Source of the DNA: a virus | Taxonomy: Duplodnaviria > Caudoviricetes | Length of the DNA: 64,000 nt | Reading direction: 5' to 3' (one strand) | IMG/VR virus record: IMGVR_UViG_3300028171_000090 | Span: 96,001-160,000 of that record | Shown here: positions 27,386 to 36,821 of the stretch, in pieces | Layout of the letters: each line of letters begins with the position of its first letter | Numbering within the stretch: the stretch's first letter is position 1 | The notes under the pieces: model-generated | What the model was told of the DNA's origin: nothing | The model's database searches: none | Seen by the model: the letters and a program-made list of their open reading frames with translations, nothing else | Made by a program: the position numbers and the translations under genes

Positions 27386-28135
27386 TTATACTTTAATAAG
27401 TTCTTCTACTGGTGTGTAAGCCTGACTTCGATTGTGTCGAGTACGGTTAATTGATGATGTTACCATAGAATCTAAGTCCTCGAATGTCAATGCTGTGAAC
27501 GTTGAGTTCATTGAACATACCGTACGGTTATTAACACCTATGTAGTCATATACAGATACATTCGGATTCTTACCAATCTCTAAACGGAATGGTTTCGCAA
27601 TATCTTTCTTCGAACGAGATAACTCTGAGATAATACAAGACATTAGTGTGCCTGGAACTTGTAGGTTAACAGAGTTTAATTCTAAGTTACGAATCATGAT
27701 ATTTAATAACTGGTCGTAAGGAATCGTTCTAGGAATCTTTCCATCATTCAGCATCTTAATAAATGCTTCTACATTATCAATCGTTGCGATAACGTTTGTA
27801 GAAGTCATAACGACATCACCGTTAAAGTATTTTAATACATAATACTTCTCTTCTTCATGACCAGGAATTAATGTAAGTGTTTCCTTCTCAATGATATTCG
27901 GCTTCGTAATCATCTTACAAGGAACGTTGAACGTTTTTAATTTAGAGAAATCTCTCTTGTCAGTGGGCTTATTCATCACACAGAAGTTGAATAATCCCAT
28001 CGTTTCCACTTTCTCTCCTATAACCGTGGCAATACCCGATGAGAATAAACTATCAGGAATATAGACTTCTAAGTAGCCACCAGTGAAGATTAACTTCTCA
28101 TCTTTCTCTGCAAAGTAAGATGGTTTTGTCTTCAT
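27386..28135 (-). CDS. Probable small RNAP beta-prime C-terminal subunit (virion RNAP)
   Basis: NLELNSVNLQVPGTLMSCIISELSR and STFTALTFED echo beta-prime C-terminal helices and the SALVSLSFER motif of 49455..51440; late promoter upstream. Confidence 0.5.
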   Translation of the reverse strand: MKTKPSYFAEKDEKLIFTGGYLEVYIPDSLFSSGIATVIGEKVETMGLFNFCVMNKPTDKRDFSKLKTFNVPCKMITKPNIIEKETLTLIPGHEEEKYYVLKYFNGDVVMTSTNVIATIDNVEAFIKMLNDGKIPRTIPYDQLLNIMIRNLELNSVNLQVPGTLMSCIISELSRSKKDIAKPFRLEIGKNPNVSVYDYIGVNNRTVCSMNSTFTALTFEDLDSMVTSSINRTRHNRSQAYTPVEELIKV

Positions 28136-28155
28136 AATATCACTCCTCTATTTTA

Positions 28156-28167
28156 TAATTAGATGTT
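28156..28167 (-). promoter_or_regulatory. Late-type promoter
   Basis: AACA-TCTAAT-TA just upstream of the GAGGAG RBS. Confidence 0.55.
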
Positions 28168-28170
28168 ACG

Positions 28171-28262
28171 AAAATAAAAGTGAGTAGAACCCGAAGGTTC
28201 TACTCGTGCTTAATCTCATGGATACATGATAATACAAACTAGACAGAGGGAAGATTTCCCTT
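28171..28262 (-). ncRNA. Candidate small RNA (or long structured 3' UTR)
   Basis: AACA-TATTTA-TA at 28273-28262, hairpins AGGGAA-ATC-TTCCCT and TCATG-TATC-CATGA, UUCG terminator GAGTAGAACC/GGTTCTACTC. Confidence 0.3.
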
Positions 28263-28280
28263 ATAAATATGTTTAGTATA

Positions 28281-29468
28281 TTATTTCAATAAAGTTGCTA
28301 AGTCGATTAAGCTTTGTTTAAATTCAGCAACGTTTCGGTCTTCGTTTTCATTGTTCTCTACACACTTCGTAACGTTTACTAAGAAGTAGTTAACAAATGA
28401 AGCTGTAGACATAGTGATCTTTTTATTCTTTGTGACTTCACGGTATAATAGGTATAAGATACCTTCGATTTGACCATGGAAGCGGTTCGGAATAATTTTC
28501 TTTAAGTCTGTTAGTAAGTAACGTGGGTCTAAGAACATATTCTTCTTATCGTTCTTTACGTAACGATTAAAGTTCTTTTCTTCTTTCTTGAAGTCCTTCT
28601 TCACACGTTTCATTACAGCAGCTTTACCACCTAGGTTATGGAAACGATCAGTTAAATTGTTTAAGTATAAGCTACCATGTAGGATGTTACGTAATTCAAT
28701 TAATTGACGTTTCTTTTCAGGATCAGTTGTTTCTTCAATCTCTTTTTCCACTTTAAGAATTTCTTCTTGTGAATCAAGGTTCTTAACTAATCCAGCTAAT
28801 TCCTGATGGAATTGTTGCATCATTGTTTCTAATACTTTTTTCTCTTCCTCGATAACTTTATCAAGGTTAGTTTGAGCAACCATATACTTTAAGAAGTCAC
28901 GACGGAATTCTTCAGGTGTATGTTCTCCAACTTCACTTACAAATTTCTCAGAGTTCTGAACCATGACTGGAGGAAGGACTTTACAAATCTCTTCATCAGT
29001 CATTTCATCAATCTTTTCAGGAGTTAATCCATCAAATAATTGATTAAACTGAGCATTTGCTAATTCACCAGCAGATTTATTCTTTAAGTCATCTGGTGAG
29101 ATATATGTAATATTTGTTTGATCAGGTCGTGTAGAAACATCAGTTCCTAGTACCTGCACATTCATGTCTTGTAATTCTCTTAACATTTTTGGATCAATTC
29201 TATGGCTACCTGCTCCTGCAATTACTACAGCGTTAGATTTCTTTTCTTCTTGTGTAGCTACAATATCAGAACCAGTAATAGTAATACCGTCAGTAGAATT
29301 GATATTAGCAAGTTCAGCAGCTTCTTGTTCTGCTAATCCTTGTAGTGCTCCATCGAATTTTTCAATAGTATTAGTTAGAGCTTCTTTAAATCCAGGTTGT
29401 ACTTGGTCTTCTTTACCTTCTAATACCTGTCCTACTACTGTTTCGATTTCTTCACGTTTGTTTTGCAT
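28281..29468 (-). CDS. Hypothetical helical/coiled-coil protein
   Basis: GAGGAGG RBS, 395 aa. Confidence 0.8.
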   Translation of the reverse strand: MQNKREEIETVVGQVLEGKEDQVQPGFKEALTNTIEKFDGALQGLAEQEAAELANINSTDGITITGSDIVATQEEKKSNAVVIAGAGSHRIDPKMLRELQDMNVQVLGTDVSTRPDQTNITYISPDDLKNKSAGELANAQFNQLFDGLTPEKIDEMTDEEICKVLPPVMVQNSEKFVSEVGEHTPEEFRRDFLKYMVAQTNLDKVIEEEKKVLETMMQQFHQELAGLVKNLDSQEEILKVEKEIEETTDPEKKRQLIELRNILHGSLYLNNLTDRFHNLGGKAAVMKRVKKDFKKEEKNFNRYVKNDKKNMFLDPRYLLTDLKKIIPNRFHGQIEGILYLLYREVTKNKKITMSTASFVNYFLVNVTKCVENNENEDRNVAEFKQSLIDLATLLK

Positions 29469-29525
29469 TTTAATTTCCTCCTCGGTTTCTCTTAATTTAT
29501 GGTTTATATTTTCTTTTTCTAATAT

Positions 29526-29780
29526 TTATGTAGCGGGTGTTAACGCTGTACAAATAAGATTATACGCTACACTTCTATACTCTTCATCAATAAAGTTCTT
29601 TGAGCATTGATGGGCAAGTTCTTTTACCATAGATGAACTATTGAGCATCAACTCTAAATCAAGTTTAGTCTTACAACATTCATCTATTTCTTTCTCTACT
29701 TTAGTTCGAAGAGAAGCTGGTAATTGTTTACCAGCTATCCTCTGACGAAATGATGCTATAGCTTCAGTGATATTTTCCAT
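29526..29780 (-). CDS. Hypothetical protein
   Basis: AGGTGA RBS before ATG 29780. Confidence 0.6.
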   Translation of the reverse strand: MENITEAIASFRQRIAGKQLPASLRTKVEKEIDECCKTKLDLELMLNSSSMVKELAHQCSKNFIDEEYRSVAYNLICTALTPAT

Positions 29781-29789
29781 AGCTATCAC

Positions 29790-30038
29790 CTAGGCACGCA
29801 TAGAAGTAGATTTGAAGTGATTGTAATCCTCTTCAGATAATACAGCTACCATACCATCATCTGTAATTACAGCATGGTCATGTAAGTCTTCCGCAGTAAT
29901 TTCTACAGCTGTAGCCATATCAATTTCATAACGAGCTAGGTAAGGAAGGTCTTCCCCATTTACCATAACCGTTGGTTCATCGTCCTCATTATAAGGTGTA
30001 ATAATATATTTGTCACAATCTTTTAATACTACTGTCAT
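29790..30038 (-). CDS. Hypothetical protein, single copy of a module shared with two neighbours
   Basis: GAGGAGG RBS; DKYIITPY..PTVMVNG...TDDGMVAVLSEED. Confidence 0.7.
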   Translation of the reverse strand: MTVVLKDCDKYIITPYNEDDEPTVMVNGEDLPYLARYEIDMATAVEITAEDLHDHAVITDDGMVAVLSEEDYNHFKSTSMRA

Positions 30039-30063
30039 TGTTAGTTCCTCCTCAGGAATAGTT

Positions 30064-30882
30064 TTATTTTTTATTTGGTACTTCTGATGGGTCTACTACT
30101 CCCGCAGCATCAGTTACTGTTGGACGAATACCCATAATACTTTCACTAGCAAGAATGAAACATTTACCGTGTGAAGTTTCAAGTCTAGGCGCTCCATCAG
30201 CATCAGGTACAAGGTGACCATCATAGAATCCACCATATCTACCTTCTACTGCATAGCGACCATTATACATTAAATGATAATGTCTGATATGTTTATCTAG
30301 CATCATTACAGTACATTCATCATTCCAAACCTTACCAACGATTAATTGGTTAGCCATATGTGTTCTGTTGAGATTAATACGATCTTGATCGATAAATACC
30401 ATGGCATCATGTGATACCATAACAGCATCCCCATAATCAGTTCTTACAATACGGCTCATTTCACTATCACCTAAGGTATCCAATTCTTCGTCAGTGATAT
30501 AACGAATAATTTCATGCTGTAAACCATCTATCAATACTTTAGGTTGAGATTTATTCCATTCATATGGCACCATTATGATATTATCATTATCTTTATGCAT
30601 CTCTTTAAGAGATACTATACACGCTTCATTGTCAGAAGCTAATACAGCTCGTATTAACGTGTAGTCGCCATGTAGCATCATAGGGATTTCCATATATACT
30701 GTGGATGTTCTCCAGTCAGTATGACGTTTCTTTAATTGCCCTTGAAGAATTTCTCCTTCTGGACTAATAACAAAATACATTCGATCTGCTCGAATTGCAG
30801 CAATATTAAAATTAGTATTAAATAATACCATATATTGTCCTGCAAAGTTTTTATACATAGTTCCTAATACTTCATGTGCCAT
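30064..30882 (-). CDS. Hypothetical protein containing the shared module
   Basis: GAGGAGG RBS before ATG 30882; DNIIMVPY..PKVLIDG...TDYGDAVMVS. Confidence 0.75.
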   Translation of the reverse strand: MAHEVLGTMYKNFAGQYMVLFNTNFNIAAIRADRMYFVISPEGEILQGQLKKRHTDWRTSTVYMEIPMMLHGDYTLIRAVLASDNEACIVSLKEMHKDNDNIIMVPYEWNKSQPKVLIDGLQHEIIRYITDEELDTLGDSEMSRIVRTDYGDAVMVSHDAMVFIDQDRINLNRTHMANQLIVGKVWNDECTVMMLDKHIRHYHLMYNGRYAVEGRYGGFYDGHLVPDADGAPRLETSHGKCFILASESIMGIRPTVTDAAGVVDPSEVPNKK

Positions 30883-30883
30883 T

Positions 30884-31648
30884 TTATTTTTCCTCCTCAG
30901 CTTGCTCAATTGCAATTTCTTTATTAGCTAGAACTGGAATACCGTTAATTGTACAGTGACCTTCAAGTTCTCTTGTAAGTTCACCAGTAACCGTTCTAAC
31001 AGATGTTTTATATGCATACGTATGACCTAATAATAGCTCATGACGTTTAACATCTGGGTTTAATTTAATAGAATCTTTATAAATTTCACCTATCATATCA
31101 ATAGGTTTCATATCAATACAGCTATTACAATATTCTGTATACTTAGCCATATCTTCGTCATTTAATAATACGTAATACCCATCATCTGAAAGAATAGCTT
31201 TATCTCCAAACATACGCTTGATATCAAGCTTTGGATTTGCACGTTCTACAGATGGATAATGGATACCTTTAATTAAGATTTGGTCAGATGGTACTGTAAA
31301 TGCACGATTACTAATCGCGATTGTACCAAGACCTTTTTCTTTAATCTTTTTAAATATATCTAAGTTACCTACAATTCTTACATATCGAATTGCATGGTCA
31401 AGTTCTAGTTTAAGATAAAGGTTTGCATCAGGATGGTCAGACTCTTTTACGAGTTTAGCTTCCGTATAGAAGTTATCTCCTGCACCTTTTTCTTTATTAA
31501 AATGAAAACTCATAATTGGGTATCTCTTACCTACTTCTAGGTCATCGATACTGATGAATTCGGCACCTTCTTTTAATGTGCATAGGTATCCTAATACCCC
31601 ATTCCATCCTGTGATTCCCAATGTTTTAATCGTTCCTACTGTTTCCAT
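30884..31648 (-). CDS. Hypothetical protein containing the shared module
   Basis: GAGGAGG RBS; DQILI...NPKLDI...SDDGYYVLLNDED. Confidence 0.75.
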   Translation of the reverse strand: METVGTIKTLGITGWNGVLGYLCTLKEGAEFISIDDLEVGKRYPIMSFHFNKEKGAGDNFYTEAKLVKESDHPDANLYLKLELDHAIRYVRIVGNLDIFKKIKEKGLGTIAISNRAFTVPSDQILIKGIHYPSVERANPKLDIKRMFGDKAILSDDGYYVLLNDEDMAKYTEYCNSCIDMKPIDMIGEIYKDSIKLNPDVKRHELLLGHTYAYKTSVRTVTGELTRELEGHCTINGIPVLANKEIAIEQAEEEK

Positions 31649-31671
31649 TCCGATTCCTCCTCAGTATGTAA

Positions 31672-32460
31672 TTAGTCTACAATACTAAAATCTTTTACAT
31701 TCTTTGCATATAATTCATATAGCTCTGTTACGACAGTGGATTTGATTTCTGTATAGCCGTCCTCTTTACGTAAGACTGGAGCTAAGAATTCTTCCAATAA
31801 ATTCTCCTCGCAACTAATAGTTTGTTTCTCTACGAATAATTTCTTAATAGCTACGTTCACACTTGTGTCATCGTAGTCTACAATATATTTTAAGAATTCT
31901 GTATCATCATCGATATCAAACGCATTTGGAATAATATCAAAGATGATTTTATTTGCTTGTGTAATAATCAGCGCTTCTTGCTGATTCACAATTAGTTCTT
32001 TGGTAGATACATAAGAAGTATCACGTGTACGGCTTGTATTACTATTTTTAATTTCATTGATAACAAATTTTCGGTTACTTACAATGAAGTTAATAATTAA
32101 TGCCGTCACGTTTTCATCATATTTTAGTACGAAGAATTCATATAAATCCTTTGCACGCTTTGGATTGATGTCTACATATTCCAGGTTAAATTTCTTAGCA
32201 ATTAATTCGATAATTTTCTCATACGTTTGGTTACGAACTTGTTTTAGCTGCTCAAGGAATTCCTCATTATCAGCATACTCCTCTTTAAAGTATTTATATC
32301 GGTCACGATATATTTCTAAGAAGTTCATTTTACTCTTTGTAAACGTATTATCGATTTGCTCCTGTATTTCCTCAGCGATTAATTCAAAGTGCATTTGACT
32401 AATAATATCTTCTGTTTCATTTGCTTCCGTACTAAAGTTTTCGTTCATCATGTTTAACAT
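31672..32460 (-). CDS. Hypothetical acidic helical protein
   Basis: AAGGAGGAG RBS, 262 aa. Confidence 0.75.
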   Translation of the reverse strand: MLNMMNENFSTEANETEDIISQMHFELIAEEIQEQIDNTFTKSKMNFLEIYRDRYKYFKEEYADNEEFLEQLKQVRNQTYEKIIELIAKKFNLEYVDINPKRAKDLYEFFVLKYDENVTALIINFIVSNRKFVINEIKNSNTSRTRDTSYVSTKELIVNQQEALIITQANKIIFDIIPNAFDIDDDTEFLKYIVDYDDTSVNVAIKKLFVEKQTISCEENLLEEFLAPVLRKEDGYTEIKSTVVTELYELYAKNVKDFSIVD

Positions 32461-32524
32461 GGTTTCTCCTCCTTGTAAATATCTATTATATCTAATATAT
32501 AGTTTGAGAAAATGTAAAAAACTA

Positions 32525-32548
32525 CAAGAGATGGTTTCCCATCTCTTG
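32525..32548 (-). terminator. Intrinsic terminator
   Basis: CAAGAGATGG-GAAA-CCATCTCTTG plus T tract on minus strand. Confidence 0.75.
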
Positions 32549-32551
32549 CAA

Positions 32552-33229
32552 TTAGTCTAGTATATGAACTTTAAATTTATCAGATATAGCTTTTATTAAA
32601 TCCATCTGACCTATAACTTCCGATATATCACTACCTTTATCGAAAGACTGTTTGCTAGGATTATTTCCAGATTCAACTAGTTCTACACTAGATTTTGCAG
32701 TACTATACATAGCTGAATTTATTTCTAATAATACCGAATTAACCCCTACAGGATACTTACTATAAAACTGTATTTCATTTAAAATATGATACCCTGTAGT
32801 AAATCTAAATACTAAATGTTTGGTTATGAATGCCGGGGTTTTTGTCGATACATCAACCAGTTGATATTCTTTAGTTCCTGGTATCAACCATGCACCCAAT
32901 CGTTGCATGGTACCATCATCCAATAATGCAAATATTTCGACACCTTTAGTTAGATATGAAGTATTTGAACCATGTTTCACTCGAATAAGACTGATATCTC
33001 TAATAGGGTAGTTTAACATTACATGAAAATATGCACCATACCCTGTACTACTTTCAGTAGTTTCGAAGAAACGGGAATCATAGTCTGGTGATTCGTCATC
33101 GAATATTTTCCAAGGATCAAACTTTTCTAAAAATTTACCTTCAAAATAAAGTTTACCAAATTTATTCTCCATGCTTGTAAATTTTGGTACAATAGGATAC
33201 AGACCGTTATACTTTTCTTTAAATGACAT
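32552..33229 (-). CDS. Discoidin/F5-8C-like paralogue 1
   Basis: PIVPKFTS N-motif, PWKIFD, NEIQFY, LLEINS..Y, FKVHIL C-motif. Confidence 0.65.
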   Translation of the reverse strand: MSFKEKYNGLYPIVPKFTSMENKFGKLYFEGKFLEKFDPWKIFDDESPDYDSRFFETTESSTGYGAYFHVMLNYPIRDISLIRVKHGSNTSYLTKGVEIFALLDDGTMQRLGAWLIPGTKEYQLVDVSTKTPAFITKHLVFRFTTGYHILNEIQFYSKYPVGVNSVLLEINSAMYSTAKSSVELVESGNNPSKQSFDKGSDISEVIGQMDLIKAISDKFKVHILD

Positions 33230-33240
33230 ACTTGCACCTC

Positions 33241-35496
33241 CTAATAATCAACTAATGAATCACGTACAAAATCTTCATAATCATCATTGTTAGAAGATTG
33301 CTGTCCATAACTTGGCTGTGCATACATATTTGGTATATAAGCTGCACCGTTACTATTGTAACCGGGTTGCTTGAATACATCGAACTGTTGCAAGTTATTA
33401 CCGTTACCGATTAAATGAGATTCACGCTCTTTATCGATATCGTCATAATAGTCTTTCAATGTTCTAAACTCTTGCGCTTCAGCCATTCTAGCTGAACGAG
33501 GGTCGTCGATAGTATCAAGGTCTGCAATTAATGTACGGTATAAATCAGCATCTACACCATTTTTATTTACTTCAGACTCTTTAATTTGTTCTAGCATTGC
33601 TTCATCGATTTCATCATCGTTTTCAAAGTCAGGGAATCGAATGATACCAAAGCGAGATAAATCATGTTCATAGTATACATACATACCTAATAAGTATGCC
33701 ATAACAACGTCATCATGTTGCCCAGGAGCATGATCGATACGTCCTGTTTTTGTATACTGTAAACCTTTGATTTCTTCTACAAGAAGATCAATATTAATAC
33801 GGTTCTTGTATTTGCGAACGAAGTTACCAAGGATATCATGCATACGTTCACGAACATTTGCACTGTTCCATAAACCGTATACTCGGCTTTCTGTGCCGAA
33901 ATCATTTGCCATTACTCCACGTTTCATTTTCTCCTTCGTATCGTCGCCTGAAATCTCATAGAACAACTTATGCTTAATATCAGTGTGTACTAAGTTACCT
34001 ACAACACCTTCCCCTTGACCGTTTCGCTCTACAACGATTAAACTGTTAGGGAATGGTCCATGGTCATTTGCGATTGCATATACCACGTTTGATAATGTAG
34101 GGATATCAATTGTGTTATTCTTTAATGCTGCTACAGGACGTTTTGTTTTCGTAGATATGACAGTAATAGCGGAGCTATCCTTACTCATACCTGCGGCAAC
34201 GTCCACTGATATAATGAATGGATATTCATAATCAGCCTGCTCATAGATTTCCAATTTAAAGTACTTGTTAATCATGATAGGTTTAGAGATTGGATAACGT
34301 TTGATGTCATCTAATTCATTCAAGTCATCTGGGTCATATGGTGAGTTAACGGCTTTGTTATTCCATTCTAACAGAACCTCACGTTTAATCTTATCCCAGT
34401 CCTTCGCTAGAGAACGTACTTGTTCTTTGAAGTATGCTTGACTTCGACCTAATTGTTTGTAGCTATATTTTACATAGAAGAATCCGTTATCAGAGTTATT
34501 GTCAACGTATTCTTTTAATTCAGGGATAGACCAATCATAGAAGTCATCGGTAAAGACTGCTGACATCTTGATGAATGCAAAGGCATCCTGTCCATGTCGT
34601 GTCTTCATATCCCCTGGTGTTGATGTAAATATCTGAGCATGTGGCTTACCATTTGCTTCAGCCTCACGAGATGCCTGAGATGCGGCTGGTGAAGCCGATT
34701 TAAAGATAATATCATTGTAACCTAAGAAGGCATACTCATCGAACCATTGTACTGGTTGTGTACAACCACGTCCTAGTTTATCGGCTTTTTCCTCAGACAT
34801 TGCTGCTGGTTTCGTCTCTAAACGATTACGTGTTTTGTCGTTGTATGCAGTCTCAACGTTTTCTTCTGCTTTTAAACGTTTACCATCTTCATTAAACTTG
34901 AATTTAAATTGAAGGTATTCAGGTAGAACATCTCGAATATTCTTAATACGAGTTAAGTTGTCCTTCGCATCTTTGTGCTCTTTATTTACTAACATCATGG
35001 TCGAGTTGGTCGTACCGAAGTTAAAGAGCCAGACAAAGTATACTGCGGTACCTATGGTTTTACCTGTTTGTCGTGGTAGTTCTGTGTACGAGTTAATATT
35101 ACAGTACGTAAGATAAAGCATAGCCAAATTACCACGATGTAATTCAAATCGTTTACCTTCACCGATACCTGCACCGGCTACTGGTATACGTGCAACTTCT
35201 CTGGCAAAGTACCAGAAGTTCCTCATACATTCCTTAATGACACGCATCTTAATTGCTAATGGTAAAGATGGGTCATATGGGTCAACACCAATTAGATTGG
35301 TATCATATAATGCTAAGAAGAACTTATTATTCTTAATACCTAATTTGGTACGTAATAGTTTTGATAATTTTAAGAAAGAGTGATTGGTGGTCTCCACGTG
35401 GACATAATATCCCGTGGAGTGACCAGCCTTCTTCCCTTTCTTCTTTACCTTTTCTTCTTTGACAAAGATATCTGGAAGATCATTTTTAATTGCCAT
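33241..35496 (-). CDS. terL: Terminase large subunit
   Basis: Walker A PRQTGKT, Walker B QWFDE, STP coupling motif, RNase H-like ISVDVAAG..KDSS and HDDVVMA. Confidence 0.95.
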   Translation of the reverse strand: MAIKNDLPDIFVKEEKVKKKGKKAGHSTGYYVHVETTNHSFLKLSKLLRTKLGIKNNKFFLALYDTNLIGVDPYDPSLPLAIKMRVIKECMRNFWYFAREVARIPVAGAGIGEGKRFELHRGNLAMLYLTYCNINSYTELPRQTGKTIGTAVYFVWLFNFGTTNSTMMLVNKEHKDAKDNLTRIKNIRDVLPEYLQFKFKFNEDGKRLKAEENVETAYNDKTRNRLETKPAAMSEEKADKLGRGCTQPVQWFDEYAFLGYNDIIFKSASPAASQASREAEANGKPHAQIFTSTPGDMKTRHGQDAFAFIKMSAVFTDDFYDWSIPELKEYVDNNSDNGFFYVKYSYKQLGRSQAYFKEQVRSLAKDWDKIKREVLLEWNNKAVNSPYDPDDLNELDDIKRYPISKPIMINKYFKLEIYEQADYEYPFIISVDVAAGMSKDSSAITVISTKTKRPVAALKNNTIDIPTLSNVVYAIANDHGPFPNSLIVVERNGQGEGVVGNLVHTDIKHKLFYEISGDDTKEKMKRGVMANDFGTESRVYGLWNSANVRERMHDILGNFVRKYKNRINIDLLVEEIKGLQYTKTGRIDHAPGQHDDVVMAYLLGMYVYYEHDLSRFGIIRFPDFENDDEIDEAMLEQIKESEVNKNGVDADLYRTLIADLDTIDDPRSARMAEAQEFRTLKDYYDDIDKERESHLIGNGNNLQQFDVFKQPGYNSNGAAYIPNMYAQPSYGQQSSNNDDYEDFVRDSLVDY

Positions 35497-35502
35497 AGAT
35501 TA

Positions 35503-36723
35503 TCACCCCTGATATCCGTCAGGATATTGGACGAAGATTCCATAACTCTTTTCTTTAATCTTTACATCTTTTGTCTTCTTCAGCATTTCTAATAAACGGT
35601 TACGATTCGAATTGATTTCTGTCATCTTATGACGGTCGTCTTTATAAGCGATAGCAGAATCATCCAATTGAGAGATACGTTTATGGATTTTGTATACGAC
35701 TGACATCTTATCATCAACCGTTTCAATCATCTCCATTTCTACTCCAAGGATGTCAATATCTTTCTTCGTCACCTTTATCGGGCTAATGATTTCTCGAAGG
35801 AATCCTTCTTGAATACCCGTGCTGTAAAGCTTAATACGGTCTTCCATACCGAATCCATTTTTAAATAGGAAGCGGTGGAACTCATCAATCATAGACTTAA
35901 CATACGTACGACGTTCTTTACGAGCTTCGGTTTTCAGATTCTCCATAATGTAACGTTTACGTGTACGAGTCGCCATTAACATCTTCACATAAGCTTGTGC
36001 ATTAGCCATTGCTGACATACTAGATGCTAAGCGGATACGATAATGTTTTTGAATCTTATGGATGGCAGAATGTAATTCTTGCCCGTAACCCCAATCGATT
36101 ACAAACTTGTCTGCACGTTTTTCCATTTGAATACTTTCATCAGTATTAAAGAATTGAGCATGTTTTAAGTAATCAATAATGTAAAGACGAGTAATCATAT
36201 TCGCTGATTTCTTTACTTTATCATTACTTGCTTCTGTAATAATATCGAACTCATCATTATTGATACGTTCTGTAGAAATAGCATCTGAATATAACAACTT
36301 CATTTCCGAGTGCTTTGCTTTGTAGTCCATAATATGACCTACTTCATGTAGCATAACAGCTGTTAATTCTTTTGCAGTAAATTTAGCAACCATGTCTGTT
36401 AGAACACGTTCGTCAATCTCAATGATATAACGGATGTTCTCAATAACACGTTTTGCACTTGGTTCCCATTTACCTTTATCGGCAGTCTCACCATAGATTA
36501 AATCGTTTGCTAATACGTTTAATTGGTTACGAATTGGATATACACTCATTACGAATGGTTCTCCATCGTTTGGTGATATGATAATGCTTTCACAATTCAT
36601 ACCTCGATTAAATTTACGATTCAATACGCGAGCCATGTCTTCTAGTTTCTTTTCTCTAGTTGTGACATTCAGCTGTAAGTCTGTAAAACAGTCTTCTAAA
36701 TATTGTAGGTTTCCATCTTTCAT
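35503..36723 (-). CDS. Head-cluster protein with M48-like zinc metallopeptidase motif
   Basis: ELTAVMLHEVGH (HExxH) and MEKRADKFVIDWGYG (ExxAD third ligand); between MCP and TerL. Confidence 0.6.
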   Translation of the reverse strand: MKDGNLQYLEDCFTDLQLNVTTREKKLEDMARVLNRKFNRGMNCESIIISPNDGEPFVMSVYPIRNQLNVLANDLIYGETADKGKWEPSAKRVIENIRYIIEIDERVLTDMVAKFTAKELTAVMLHEVGHIMDYKAKHSEMKLLYSDAISTERINNDEFDIITEASNDKVKKSANMITRLYIIDYLKHAQFFNTDESIQMEKRADKFVIDWGYGQELHSAIHKIQKHYRIRLASSMSAMANAQAYVKMLMATRTRKRYIMENLKTEARKERRTYVKSMIDEFHRFLFKNGFGMEDRIKLYSTGIQEGFLREIISPIKVTKKDIDILGVEMEMIETVDDKMSVVYKIHKRISQLDDSAIAYKDDRHKMTEINSNRNRLLEMLKKTKDVKIKEKSYGIFVQYPDGYQG

Positions 36724-36770
36724 GGGTAAAAGCCCCTTTCTTTTTATGGTTATTTACATGTCGAAAAAAT

Positions 36771-36803
36771 AAATCCCCATAACCAAAAGGTTATGGGGTA
36801 TTT
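36771..36803. terminator. Terminator after the capsid gene
   Basis: CCCCATAACC-AAAA-GGTTATGGGG. Confidence 0.75.
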
Positions 36804-36821
36804 TATTATCAGGCAGCTATA

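Noticed and set aside
29164-29610. 148-aa plus-strand ORF and similar short antisense ORFs (e.g. 23971..24336, 32057..32398)
   Set aside because: Shadow frames of well-supported opposite-strand genes
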